A stretch of 64,000 nt of DNA from Myxococcales bacterium (GCA_011526095.1 WYBA01000414.1:10622-74621), one strand, 5' to 3'; shown: positions 52,021 to 62,232, numbered from the stretch's first letter. Notes: a model not told the origin generated them from the sequence alone. Translations and numbers: made by a program.

Positions 52021-53268
52021 ATGGGGATCCTCGAAGTCATCACGCTGCTGCTGACGCTCTCGGGCGCAGGCGTCGACAAGAACACGAAGGCGCCGAAGGG
52101 CGACGCGGTGCTGACCTACGCGGTCGCCGACGCGGACGCGGTGGTGCACCTCGACGCCGCGGCGATCCTGCCCCGCAACGTCAAGGTGCTGCTCGCGATG
52201 GCCGACGACCCCGCGGTCAAGGCCAGCCCGGACCTGGTCAAGATCGCCAAGGAGATCAAGGCCAACGTCGACGGGGTGCGCAGCATGGCCAAGGCGCTCG
52301 CCGGGATGGACCCGGTCGAGGACATCTCGAGCGTCACCGCGTTCGTCACGCTCGACGCCGGCAGCGGCGAACCGGTGCCGCTGATCGTCGTGCGCGGGGC
52401 GTTCCCCAAGGACCTGCTCGGCAAGCTCGCGGACCTCACGGGCAGCAAGACCGGGTCGATCGACGGCCGCGACACGATGACGTTCGAGGGCATGCTCGTC
52501 GGCACCGCCAAGGACGGCGCGCTGATCGCCGGCCCGGCCGCGCTGGCCGAGCCCCGCCTCGACGACGACTGGAAGCCCGCCAAGCCGAAGAAGGGCTCGG
52601 CGTGGGCGACGATCGGCAAGGAGCTCGACCAGGCGCCGTTCTTCCTCGTCGCGAGCAAGCTGTCCGCCGACAAGCGCAAGCTCGCCGCCGGCGCGATCGG
52701 CGACAACTTCCTGGGGAGCCTGATCGCCGGGCACGAGCTGGCGGTCCTGTCGCTCCGTGACGACGGCCTGGCGCTGCACTGGAAGGCGACGAGCAAGGCG
52801 AGCCTCGAGCAGGTCACGCTCGCCACCGAGGGGCTGATCGAGGTGATGCGCGCGATGCACGTCGCGCCGCGCGGCGCGGCCAAGATCGTCGTGGCCGCGC
52901 TGGGCAGCTACGCCGGCAAGGACAAGGGGCTGGACGCGGTGATCGCGCGCAAGGACGACCTGCTCGCGCTCGTCGCCGACTTCACCGGCGATGGCAAGTT
53001 CGACGTCGACAGCAAGGTCAACAAGAAGGGCCTGACGCTCGACGTCCGCGCCACCGGCAAGAAGCTGTCCGACGTCGTGCCGGTCAGCGTCGTGGTGCCG
53101 ATGTTCGCCGGCGCGTTCCTGCTCGCCGGCGCCGACGCGCCGGCTGCGGCCGCGTCCCAGCCGGCCAAGGCGCCGCCGGCGAAGACGCGCCAGCCGGCGC
53201 CGCCGCGCAAGGGCGGCGGGCTCGACAAGGTGCCGACCGGCGGCACGAAGAAGAAGACCGGCAAGTAG
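52021..53268 (+). CDS. hypothetical protein (415 aa) with C-terminal TM and Lys/Pro-rich tail
   Basis: Strong [15 protein letters not shown]3 bias. TM VSVVVPMFAGAFLLAGA near the C-terminus. No family recognised. Confidence 0.55.
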   Translation: MGILEVITLLLTLSGAGVDKNTKAPKGDAVLTYAVADADAVVHLDAAAILPRNVKVLLAMADDPAVKASPDLVKIAKEIKANVDGVRSMAKALAGMDPVEDISSVTAFVTLDAGSGEPVPLIVVRGAFPKDLLGKLADLTGSKTGSIDGRDTMTFEGMLVGTAKDGALIAGPAALAEPRLDDDWKPAKPKKGSAWATIGKELDQAPFFLVASKLSADKRKLAAGAIGDNFLGSLIAGHELAVLSLRDDGLALHWKATSKASLEQVTLATEGLIEVMRAMHVAPRGAAKIVVAALGSYAGKDKGLDAVIARKDDLLALVADFTGDGKFDVDSKVNKKGLTLDVRATGKKLSDVVPVSVVVPMFAGAFLLAGADAPAAAASQPAKAPPAKTRQPAPPRKGGGLDKVPTGGTKKKTGK

Positions 53269-53289
53269 CGCGCCCGCGCCCGGGGCGGG

Positions 53290-53766
53290 TCAGGGCGCCG
53301 GGAACAGCTCGCGGATCCGCGTCATGTCGTCGAAGTCGACGTCGGCGCCGCGGTCGGCCTCGACGACGATCTCGATGATCATGTCGTCGTCGATCGACGC
53401 GACGTCGTCGCCGCGCACCGCGCGGCGCTGACCGACGCGGCGCTCGTACTGGAACACGCGCGTGTCGGCCTTGCCGATCCGGCGCTCGCGCGCGCGGCGC
53501 TCGCGGTCCATCGCCTCCTTGAGCGCGGCGACGGTCTGCGGCAGCGGGTCGATCGCGAGCGCCTGGCCCGCGCAGTTGAAGCACATCGGCTGCCACCCGC
53601 CCCACAGCTCGACCAGGCGCAGCATCCGGCGGCGGCGCTCGCCGCAGGTGAGGCAGCGCGCGCCGTAGCCGACCGGGCGGGCGTCGACCCAGCGGTTGTA
53701 ACAACCCCAGCAGCGGCCGCGCCGGGTCTCGTGGACCTTCGCCTTGCAGACGTCGCATTCGTGCAC
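53290..53766 (-). CDS. Cys-rich double zinc-ribbon protein (158 aa)
   Basis: GTG start with GGAGG 7 nt upstream. CDVC-x11-CWGC and CLTC-x23-CFNC. Basic middle, acidic tail. Confidence 0.55.
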   Translation of the reverse strand: MHECDVCKAKVHETRRGRCWGCYNRWVDARPVGYGARCLTCGERRRRMLRLVELWGGWQPMCFNCAGQALAIDPLPQTVAALKEAMDRERRARERRIGKADTRVFQYERRVGQRRAVRGDDVASIDDDMIIEIVVEADRGADVDFDDMTRIRELFPAP

Positions 53767-53858
53767 GAGCAGACCTCCTGGGCCGCGATCGCCGATCGCG
53801 GGTCTGTCTGGTCGTACGTGCGCCTCGCGAGGCGGGCAAGTTTTCGTCGGACGCGTGG

Positions 53859-53864
53859 TACGCT
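53859..53864 (+). promoter_or_regulatory. -10-like TACGCT 9 nt upstream of GTG 53874
   Basis: Sequence gtggTACGCTggccgcgctGTG. No SD. Confidence 0.25.
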
Positions 53865-53873
53865 GGCCGCGCT

Positions 53874-54677
53874 GTGCCGTCGACGCGCGCGCTGATCCGG
53901 GCCCCGTGGTCGGCCTCGAAGGTCGCGATGGCGCTGCGCTGCCCGCGGCTGTTCCACTTCCGCTACGTCGAGAAGGTGCCGGAGCCGGAGGTGATGCCGG
54001 AGGCGCGGATCGGCAAGGCGGTCCACGCCGCGCTCGAGGACGTGTTGCTCGGCACGCCGCTCGCCGACGCGACGACCAAGGCCCGCGCCGCGCTGACCGA
54101 CGAGCTGGAGCAGGCGCGGTTCGATCAGCTCGGCACGGGGATCGAGCCGTTCGTCCAGCGGATCGGCCAGTTCCGCCGGCGCCGCCGCGTCCAGCGCCAG
54201 CTCGTCGAGTACGGACTGGCGGTGCGCGAGGACATGACCGCGACCCAGTTCTACGCCGGCGACGCGTTCTTCCGCGGCATCCTCGACGCGGGCTACCTGT
54301 TCGACGACACGCTCGCGCTGGTCGACCACAAGACCGGCGTGCGGTGGGTCGGCTCGGGCATGACCGACCAGCTCGAGGGCTACGCCGTGCTGGCGGCCGC
54401 GACGTGGCGCAGCGTCCGGACGTTCTGGCTCGGCGTCCACTGGGTGGCAGAGCGCTCGGTCGAGTGGATGAAGCCGCTCGAGGCGCACGACGTGCATGAG
54501 CGGCTGATCCCGGCCCTGCTCGACAACGTCGAGGCCGCGGCGCTCGCGGTCGACGACGGCCCGCGCACCAACCCCGGGCCGTGGTGCGACCGCTGCGCCT
54601 ACCGCACGGTGTGCCCGTCGAGCCGCGAGCAGCGGTTCGAGCCGGTGCTGTACGAGGAGGAGGAGGACGACCTGTGA
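53874..54677 (+). CDS. PD-(D/E)XK nuclease, Cas4/AddB-like with 4-Cys cluster
   Basis: N-terminal Cys (LRCPRLFHFRYV). DAGYL...LVDHKTG (D...D-x-K). QLEGYAVL. C-terminal CDRCAYRTVC. Confidence 0.75.
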   Translation: MPSTRALIRAPWSASKVAMALRCPRLFHFRYVEKVPEPEVMPEARIGKAVHAALEDVLLGTPLADATTKARAALTDELEQARFDQLGTGIEPFVQRIGQFRRRRRVQRQLVEYGLAVREDMTATQFYAGDAFFRGILDAGYLFDDTLALVDHKTGVRWVGSGMTDQLEGYAVLAAATWRSVRTFWLGVHWVAERSVEWMKPLEAHDVHERLIPALLDNVEAAALAVDDGPRTNPGPWCDRCAYRTVCPSSREQRFEPVLYEEEEDDL

Positions 54678-54730
54678 TCGACGGCGCTCGACCGGCGATC
54701 GACCCGTGAGCGTCGCTGATCAGGCGCGGA

Positions 54731-55063
54731 TCAGGCGCCGCCGCCGCGCCCCGGGCCCTTCCAGCGCAAGAGGCTCGGCGGCCACGGCGGCAGGCCGTCC
54801 TCGGCCCGCTTGACCGCGCCGCGCGCGGTGAGCCGGGCGATCATCGTCAGCGCCGCCTCGAGCGGCGCCGGCGCGGCGGCGCCGACCGCGCGCACGCCGG
54901 GCTCGGCGCCGGGCTCGAGCTCGAGCGCGTAGGCGTGCTCGGCGTCGGGCGTGAGCACCGCCGCGTCGTACCGCGCGCGGGCGCCGTCGACGCCGGCCAG
55001 CACCAGGCGGAACCGGGCGCCGGCGGTCGGCCGGGTGTGGGCAGGATCGGTCACGCCGGTCAC
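54731..55063 (-). CDS. hypothetical protein (110 aa)
   Basis: GC3-biased ORF 13 nt downstream of the sulfatase-like gene. No motifs. Confidence 0.35.
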   Translation of the reverse strand: MTGVTDPAHTRPTAGARFRLVLAGVDGARARYDAAVLTPDAEHAYALELEPGAEPGVRAVGAAAPAPLEAALTMIARLTARGAVKRAEDGLPPWPPSLLRWKGPGRGGGA

Positions 55064-55076
55064 GCGGGGGCTGGTG

Positions 55077-57332
55077 CTACTCGCCGAGGTCCGCGGCGAA
55101 CCGCGCGGTGACGTTCGACGCGTTGCCCCACTGCGCCTTCTTCCAGTCCTCGTTGAACGCGCGGAACAGCCACAGCGGGTCGAGCACGGCGCGGCCGCCG
55201 ATCGTGGCGCCCTCGCCGGTCGCCGGCTTCATCTCCTCGGGGTCGGCGTCGAGGTCGTGGACGACGAGCGAGCTGCCGCCCTTGATCTTGGCCTTCCAGT
55301 GGAGGATGCGGCCGGCGTGGGCGTCCTCGTACATCGAGTTGAAGCTCATCCGCGGGTAGCCCGGCGCCGCGCCGGTCGCGAGCGGGACGAGCGACTCGCC
55401 CTGCCACTGCGGATCGTGCGGGACGCCGAGCACGTCGGCGATCGTCGGGACGACGTCGACCACGTCGGTGCCCTCGACGAACTTGCCGGCCGGGATCATC
55501 GGCGGGTAGTGGATCAGCAGCGGGACGTGGACCAGCATGTCGCGGGTCGAGGCGCCGTGGCCGACGCGACCGTCCTCCCACTGCTCGTCGCCGTGGTCGG
55601 CGGTGATGATCAGCATCGTCTGGTCCCAGATGCCGTCGGCCTGCAGCTTCTCGACCAGCTGGCGCAGGACGTCGTCCTGGTAGCTGACGTTGGAGTCGTA
55701 GAGCGCGCGGACGTGCTCGACCTCCTTGGGGCTCAGCTTCATCTTGCCGGTCGCCGAGTCCGCGGCGTCCTGGCCGGAGAACGTCTTCTCGAACCGGCCG
55801 GTGTAGCCGGGGCTGTACTTCTCGATCCACGGCGACTTGGCGCGCCACGACACGTGGGTGTCGACGAAGCCGAGGTAGAGGAACCACGGCTCCTTCTTGT
55901 CGCCGATGAACTTCAGGCCCTTCTCGAGGATGTCCTCCGCCTTGAGCCCGAGCTCCTCGTGGATGTGGTTCGAGTACTTGTCCCACTTCTCGCCGAAGCC
56001 CCAGCGCTTGGGCTCGACGTAGCCGTTCGACGTCGCGCCGGCGGTGAACATCCCGGCGCTCTTGGCGACCTCGTCGACCGTCGTCCACTCGAGCGCGAGC
56101 TTCTCCTTGCTGCCGATCATGCGGTGCTTGATCGGGTACAGCGACGACCACAACGAGGCGTGGCTGACGCGCGACTCGTTGCCCTGGACGTAGTTCTGCA
56201 GGAACACCGCCGAGGTCTCGGCGAGCTTCTCCCACGTCGGGACCTCGGGGCGGGCGTCGGGGTTGAACACCTTGACGCGGTCCGCGCGCAGCGAGTCCAT
56301 GACGAGCATGACGACGTACTTGGGCGGCGCGCCGCGCGTCACCTTGGGCGCCTCGCCCGGGGTGACGATCGCCGCGTTCGTCAGCTGGGCCGACGGGCAG
56401 CCCGACGCGCGCAGCTCGACCCGGATGGCCTTGCCCGACAGCTCGGCGAGGTCGACCGCGGCGCCGAGGCCGGACAGCGTGCCGTTGACGGCGTTGCCGT
56501 CCTCGCCCTTGGCCTCGACCGCGATCTCGCACGCGCCGTCGGCGAGGTCCGCGGTGACGCGCGCCTTGTCCGGGGCGAACGCGTACCAGACCATCGCGCC
56601 GCCGTCGGGGATGACCAGCGCCTTGGCGTTGCCGTCGTAGAACGTCGCCGCCGCCTCGCCGGGGGCGGCGCCGCCGACCTGGAGCCACTCGACGCTCAGC
56701 CCGGCCGAGCGGACGAAGAACTGGAGCTGGTTCTCGCCCTCGCGCAGCTGCCCGGCAGGGACCGGCAGCTCGATCGTGTTCCAGCCCGGCTGGAGCTGGC
56801 CGTTGATGTCGGCGTTCTCGTTGACGCGGACGCTGATCGCGCCGCCCTTGGCGTGGTGCGCGCGCACCCGCACGACCGCGTTGCCCGCGAGGTGGTCCGC
56901 CTCGAGCACGACGTCGACGCGGCCGCTGGTGCCGGTGAGCTTGGCGACCTTGACGTCGCCCTCGCTCTGGCGCAGCTCCCACGTCTTCTTGCTGCTGCGG
57001 GCCATGTTGCCGAAGCGCACGTACTTGGCGAACCCGGCCGAGCCGGCGGGGACGAACAGGCCGCCGCCGCGCTCGAGGTGCGCCGACAGCCGGTTGTCGA
57101 TGAACGAGTACTCGACGCGCTCGGGGCCGCGCGACGGCGCCTGCGCCGGCTTCTTCGCGCCGGCGGCGCCGCCCTTGGCGGTGCCGTCGGCCGCGCCCTT
57201 GGCCGCGGGGTCGCCTGCCTTCGCCGCCGACTTCGACGAGTCGCCGTCACCCTTGCCGCATCCGGTCGCGGCGATCGACGCGGCGGCCACGGTGATCGCG
57301 GCGATCGTGAGCTTCTTGACCATCTGCTGCAT
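55077..57332 (-). CDS. alkaline-phosphatase-superfamily (sulfatase-like) lipoprotein with ~330 aa N-terminal beta-rich extension
   Basis: Lipobox IAATGCG. VVMLVMDSLRADR, ITADHGDEQWEDGRVGHG. No C/S-x-P-x-R formylglycine motif (the aligned site reads GNESR). Confidence 0.75.
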   Translation of the reverse strand: MQQMVKKLTIAAITVAAASIAATGCGKGDGDSSKSAAKAGDPAAKGAADGTAKGGAAGAKKPAQAPSRGPERVEYSFIDNRLSAHLERGGGLFVPAGSAGFAKYVRFGNMARSSKKTWELRQSEGDVKVAKLTGTSGRVDVVLEADHLAGNAVVRVRAHHAKGGAISVRVNENADINGQLQPGWNTIELPVPAGQLREGENQLQFFVRSAGLSVEWLQVGGAAPGEAAATFYDGNAKALVIPDGGAMVWYAFAPDKARVTADLADGACEIAVEAKGEDGNAVNGTLSGLGAAVDLAELSGKAIRVELRASGCPSAQLTNAAIVTPGEAPKVTRGAPPKYVVMLVMDSLRADRVKVFNPDARPEVPTWEKLAETSAVFLQNYVQGNESRVSHASLWSSLYPIKHRMIGSKEKLALEWTTVDEVAKSAGMFTAGATSNGYVEPKRWGFGEKWDKYSNHIHEELGLKAEDILEKGLKFIGDKKEPWFLYLGFVDTHVSWRAKSPWIEKYSPGYTGRFEKTFSGQDAADSATGKMKLSPKEVEHVRALYDSNVSYQDDVLRQLVEKLQADGIWDQTMLIITADHGDEQWEDGRVGHGASTRDMLVHVPLLIHYPPMIPAGKFVEGTDVVDVVPTIADVLGVPHDPQWQGESLVPLATGAAPGYPRMSFNSMYEDAHAGRILHWKAKIKGGSSLVVHDLDADPEEMKPATGEGATIGGRAVLDPLWLFRAFNEDWKKAQWGNASNVTARFAADLGE

Positions 57333-57476
57333 CGTTGGAACCCTATGCACCGCGCTCGGCGGGGAGCAAGAAAACCTCCGCGCAACGCGCGGATGGTTGG
57401 CTGTATTGCACGGAGGTCGATCCGTCAAGCGTCGTCATCGACGCGGGCGAGGAACGCCGGGTGACGCGGGACGCGA

Positions 57477-58244
57477 TCAGCCGATCCGCCAGCCGTGGCT
57501 GTAGACGTTGCACCGCCCGTCGCGGACGAACCCGCACGCGGTGACCCCGAATCGTTCGCAGACGTCGATCGCCAGCGTCGTCGGCGCGGACACCGCGACG
57601 ATCACGGGGACGCCGGCGCGCACCGCCTTCTGCGCCAGCTCGTAGCCGAGCCGGCCTGACAGCACCAGGACGACGTCGTCGAGCGCGACGCCGGCGGCGA
57701 CCGCCCACCCGACCAGCTTGTCGACCGCGTTGTGGCGACCGACGTCCTCGCGGATCGCGCGCGCCGCGCCGTCGCGGCCGAACAGCCCGGCGGCGTGGAG
57801 CCCGCCGGTGGCGTCGAACACGCGCTGGCCGGCGCGCAGCGCCGCGGGGAGCGCGGCGACCGCGGCGGCGGCGAGCTGCCAGGTGGCGGTGACCTCCCGG
57901 GCGCGCTGCTCGAGATCCGCGATCGCGGCGCGCCCGCACACGCCGCACGCGGCGGTGGAGGTCAGCGCGCGCCGCGCCAGCGCCGTGACGTCGACGTCGA
58001 TGTCGACGACGTCGGGCGCCCGCTGGGTCAGCGCGACCGTGGGCGCGCCGGGCAGCCCCTCGGCGTGGAGCAGGCCGCGGACCAGCTCGAGGTCGTGGCC
58101 GGGCGTGCGCATCACGACGAGCGCCTCGGCGCCGCGGGCGGTGACGACCAGCGGCGCCTCGTCGACGACCGCGTCGTGGTCGACGTCCCGGCGGTCGGCG
58201 CCGGGGTCGAGCCGCTCGATCCGGCGGCGTGCGAACGGCTCCAT
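57477..58244 (-). CDS. fdhD: formate dehydrogenase accessory sulfurtransferase FdhD
   Basis: [45 protein letters not shown]. The start may be ATG 58244 or ATG 58307. Confidence 0.85.
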   Translation of the reverse strand: MEPFARRRIERLDPGADRRDVDHDAVVDEAPLVVTARGAEALVVMRTPGHDLELVRGLLHAEGLPGAPTVALTQRAPDVVDIDVDVTALARRALTSTAACGVCGRAAIADLEQRAREVTATWQLAAAAVAALPAALRAGQRVFDATGGLHAAGLFGRDGAARAIREDVGRHNAVDKLVGWAVAAGVALDDVVLVLSGRLGYELAQKAVRAGVPVIVAVSAPTTLAIDVCERFGVTACGFVRDGRCNVYSHGWRIG

Positions 58245-58381
58245 CGAGGGCACCTTGCCGGGCCCGTCGGGCCGGCGCAAGGGCCGAGATTCCCAGGCCT
58301 TCGCCATGGGGCCGGTCGGAAGGCGCCGGTCGGCGCCATCGGAAATTGACTGGCCCGGCGGCGCGGACGACATTCGCCCCG

Positions 58382-59692
<1,311 letters not shown>

Positions 59693-59726
59693 CGGATCGC
59701 CCCGTCCGCGTCTCGGCCCCCGCCCC

Positions 59727-59779
59727 AGAAAAACAAGAAGGGCCTGGATGGTTCCCCATCCAGGCCCTCTTGTTTGTCG
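59727..59779. terminator. bidirectional intrinsic terminator (18-19 bp stem)
   Basis: AGAAAAA-ACAAGAAGGGCCUGGAUGG-UUCC-CCAUCCAGGCCCUCUUGU-UUGU, with an A-run on one side and a T-rich run on the other. Confidence 0.8.
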
Positions 59780-60718
59780 ACAGCCACAACGGACCGCTCG
59801 ACCCGACGTTTCCCCTTCGAAGGTTCGAGGCTACCTGCATCCAGCCGCGGGCTCGTCACCGAGTCACGGCGCCCTCTCGTGGAGTTCACTGCTCTTCAGA
59901 GTCTTGTATGTACCGACGTACCGGGCCTGTTGGGTTGGCCCGATCCCAGATCCTTGCCTCGTCGTTTCCGACGGACCGCGATGGTCTTCCGGCGGTACCG
60001 GTCCCCCTCTACTTGCGCAGAGGGGTTCATCCTCTCGTGAGCTTCGCTCTCCTTCAGAGTCCCTTCGTGCAGTCACCTGTCCGTGCGCTCGCGCGCCCGG
60101 ACGCCTTCCGTGGGGTTTCCTCCCTCTTCACGACGTCAGCTGCAGAGTCCACATGCCGACGGACATCCCAGGTCCGTCTTCGTTCCGCCCTCGACGTTTC
60201 GCACGTCCTCGACGGGTTCCTCCTCTGCTGGCCTCGCGAGTCTGTTTCGCCTCGCTGCCGTGTCCAGGGTTCTCGCTCCAGGGGATTGTTCTCCCGACCA
60301 GTTCGTACCGGCTCGTCGCCGGCCGTTCCCCTCTCGCCGTTGGCGCCGCCGCCTGCCGGTTTCCCGGCGCCAGCAAACGTCGCGTCGACCTCAGGGGGTT
60401 GCTCCTGATCGTGATCCGACGTGTCCGCGGGGCGGTTTAGACCCGCGCGTCACCCGTATCCCCTCCTGCGTTTTCAGCTCCCTCGGGTCTGTCTCCAGAG
60501 ACCTGGCAGGTGCCATCACACCCGCTCCGCTCACGACCTTCTCCGTTCGGCGCTACGTGTGCCCCGCGCGGTCGGTCCCCAGCGTGTCGATCAGTCTCCA
60601 GCCTGTCGCTCTGTCCCCAGAGCGTCTCCCCGTTCGAGCTTCCTCGCCTGCGCTCGGGATCGCTCCCTCCCGCGAGGCTCGTCGTTGGTGCGAGCGGTCC
60701 GGTGTGGCCGCCGACGGA
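59776..60718 (-). ncRNA. candidate large (~0.94 kb) structured non-coding RNA, family unknown
   Basis: No protein-like ORF in six frames. Minus strand is purine-rich. A 25-bp 5'/3' closing helix pairs 60691-60715 with 59776-59800. Stem-GNRA hairpins at 59960-59973, 60355-60368 and 60656-60667. There are three GACUCUG modules, a sigma54-type element upstream and a terminator immediately downstream. Confidence 0.45.
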
Positions 60719-60728
60719 GCGGACATAG

Positions 60729-60744
60729 AGCATCCGGCGTGCCA
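60729..60744 (-). promoter_or_regulatory. sigma54-type -24/-12 element TGGCACgccggATGCT
   Basis: 10 of 11 matches to TGGCAC-N5-TTGCW on the minus strand. The predicted TSS is about 60717-60720, i.e. 2-5 nt before the 5' arm of the closing helix. Confidence 0.4.
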
Positions 60745-61017
60745 GCCACAGACGGCCCACAACCCCACGAGATCCAAGTTCCGGATTGCATTGAACAATG
60801 TAGGCGGTGACGACAGGGGTGTGGACAACCTGAGCAGTGACTGTGCCGCGCTCACACCCGAGCGACGGACCATCAACGAGTTGCTCGTGCGGTGTCGCCG
60901 CGAGCGACACGTGTGCCGGGAGCGTGCAGACGCGCGAGTCATCTTCGCCGGTGGTATCGTGCGCGCGCCCGCGGCGCACGTCGCGCGCGGGCGAGCGATC
61001 GAGGAGGCTGCATCGCC

Positions 61018-61746
61018 ATGCGCGCAACGACCACGACCCTGCTGTTCACCTCGCTGATCGCGCTCGCCGCCGGCTGCGCGAACGACAAGGCCGCCGACGA
61101 GCAGGCGCGCCGCGCCGCCGAGGAAGAGGAGAAGGCCAAGCCGGCGGTGAAGGCCGCGCCCAAGATCCTGCCGCCGGTGCCCGGCAGCGCGCGCATCCCG
61201 TGCACGCAGCTCGTCGATCCGGCTGCGTTCACCACCGCGCTCGGCGAGAAGGACCCGATGGAGCTGCGCGACATCACCCAGTCCGACGCGGACGCGGCGT
61301 CCGTCTGCTCGATCCTGCGCGGCGGCAAGCGGCTCACGGCCAAGGAGCAGCAGAAGCTCGCCAAGAAGACCAACCACAAGCTCGGCGTGCTGCCCGGCGA
61401 GGAGTTCTGCCGGATCACCGCCTACTGCTGGACGATCGAGACGCTCGAGGGGTTCCAGCAGCGGTGCAAGGAGCGCAACCACAAGGACTCGACCGAGCTC
61501 GGCACGTACTCCTGCGTTCAGGGGATCCAGCAGGGCGCAGTGGACCTGAACGTTCATCAGTTCTTCGACGAGGACACCAAGTGCCTCATCAAGGTGGGCG
61601 GCGGGCCGAGCAACGAGGACAACGACAAGATCGCGACCTGCGCACGGACCGCCCGCGACATGATCGGCCCGGCGCAGATCGCCGTCGGCGGCGTCGCGCC
61701 GGCCGCGCCGGCCACCGATGCGGGCGCCCCCGCGGCGACGCCGTGA
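61018..61746 (+). CDS. hypothetical Cys-containing lipoprotein (242 aa)
   Basis: Trimmed to ATG 61018 (GAGGAGG RBS). Lipobox LAAGCAN. Lys/Glu-rich linker and 8 Cys in the mature part. Confidence 0.65.
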   Translation: MRATTTTLLFTSLIALAAGCANDKAADEQARRAAEEEEKAKPAVKAAPKILPPVPGSARIPCTQLVDPAAFTTALGEKDPMELRDITQSDADAASVCSILRGGKRLTAKEQQKLAKKTNHKLGVLPGEEFCRITAYCWTIETLEGFQQRCKERNHKDSTELGTYSCVQGIQQGAVDLNVHQFFDEDTKCLIKVGGGPSNEDNDKIATCARTARDMIGPAQIAVGGVAPAAPATDAGAPAATP

Positions 61747-62004
61747 CCTCGCGGTGAGGACCGCGCAAAACCCTCACGTGCGCGGGCGAGATCCCGCGGT
61801 CGACGTTACAAACTGCGACAATTCTCCGGCTCCAAGCCGTGGCAATCGCTCGGTTTGTGCCGCTAATTTCGGCCCCGCCGCACGTTTCCGTTCGCCGATC
61901 GGCGCCACGGTGTAAGGCGCGGCAGTGACAAGCGTTGAGCACCGGGTCTCCAGGGCACGCGGCCAGGGAGCCCCAAGACCAATTGGTAAGCCAAGGAGCG
62001 ACTG

Positions 62005-62232
62005 ATGCGGATCCTGCGTAACGTGATGCTGGCGTTCGGCCTGGTGGCCCTCGCTGCCGCCTGTGGCGGCAAGTCGAAGGGTGACAGCACGATGGACAAC
62101 ACCGGCGGTGGCGACACCGGCGGCGGCGACATGGGCGGCGACATGTACGGCGGCGACATGTACGGCGGCGACATGGGCGACCCGTGCGGCGGTGGCGACA
62201 TGGGCGCGGACCCGTGCGAGGGCGCGGAGTGA
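62005..62232 (+). CDS. small Gly/Asp/Met-rich lipoprotein (75 aa)
   Basis: AAGGAG RBS 7 nt upstream. Lipobox LAAACGG. GGGDTGGGDMGGDMYGGDMYGGDMGDPCGGGDMGADPCEG. A terminator follows. Confidence 0.6.
   Translation: MRILRNVMLAFGLVALAAACGGKSKGDSTMDNTGGGDTGGGDMGGDMYGGDMYGGDMGDPCGGGDMGADPCEGAE

Noticed and set aside
57477-58307. fdhD as a marker of a formate dehydrogenase operon.
   Set aside because: No molybdopterin oxidoreductase genes flank it in this window. FdhD-like sulfurtransferases are often encoded apart from their targets, so this is not treated as unusual.
59780-60720. Known-family explanations for the ORF-free region: group II intron, RNase P RNA, tmRNA, 6S, SRP, rRNA fragment, decayed pseudogene.
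   Set aside because: It has no GUGYG 5' end paired with a ~34-nt domain V hairpin, no GGAAAGUCCGG or ACAGAACCCGGCUUA (RNase P), no tRNA-like ends or tag ORF (tmRNA), and it is far too long for 6S or SRP. I see no residual long ORF or frame-consistent protein similarity. The MITE/TIR alternative is not rejected; it is kept as the main competing hypothesis in the finding.
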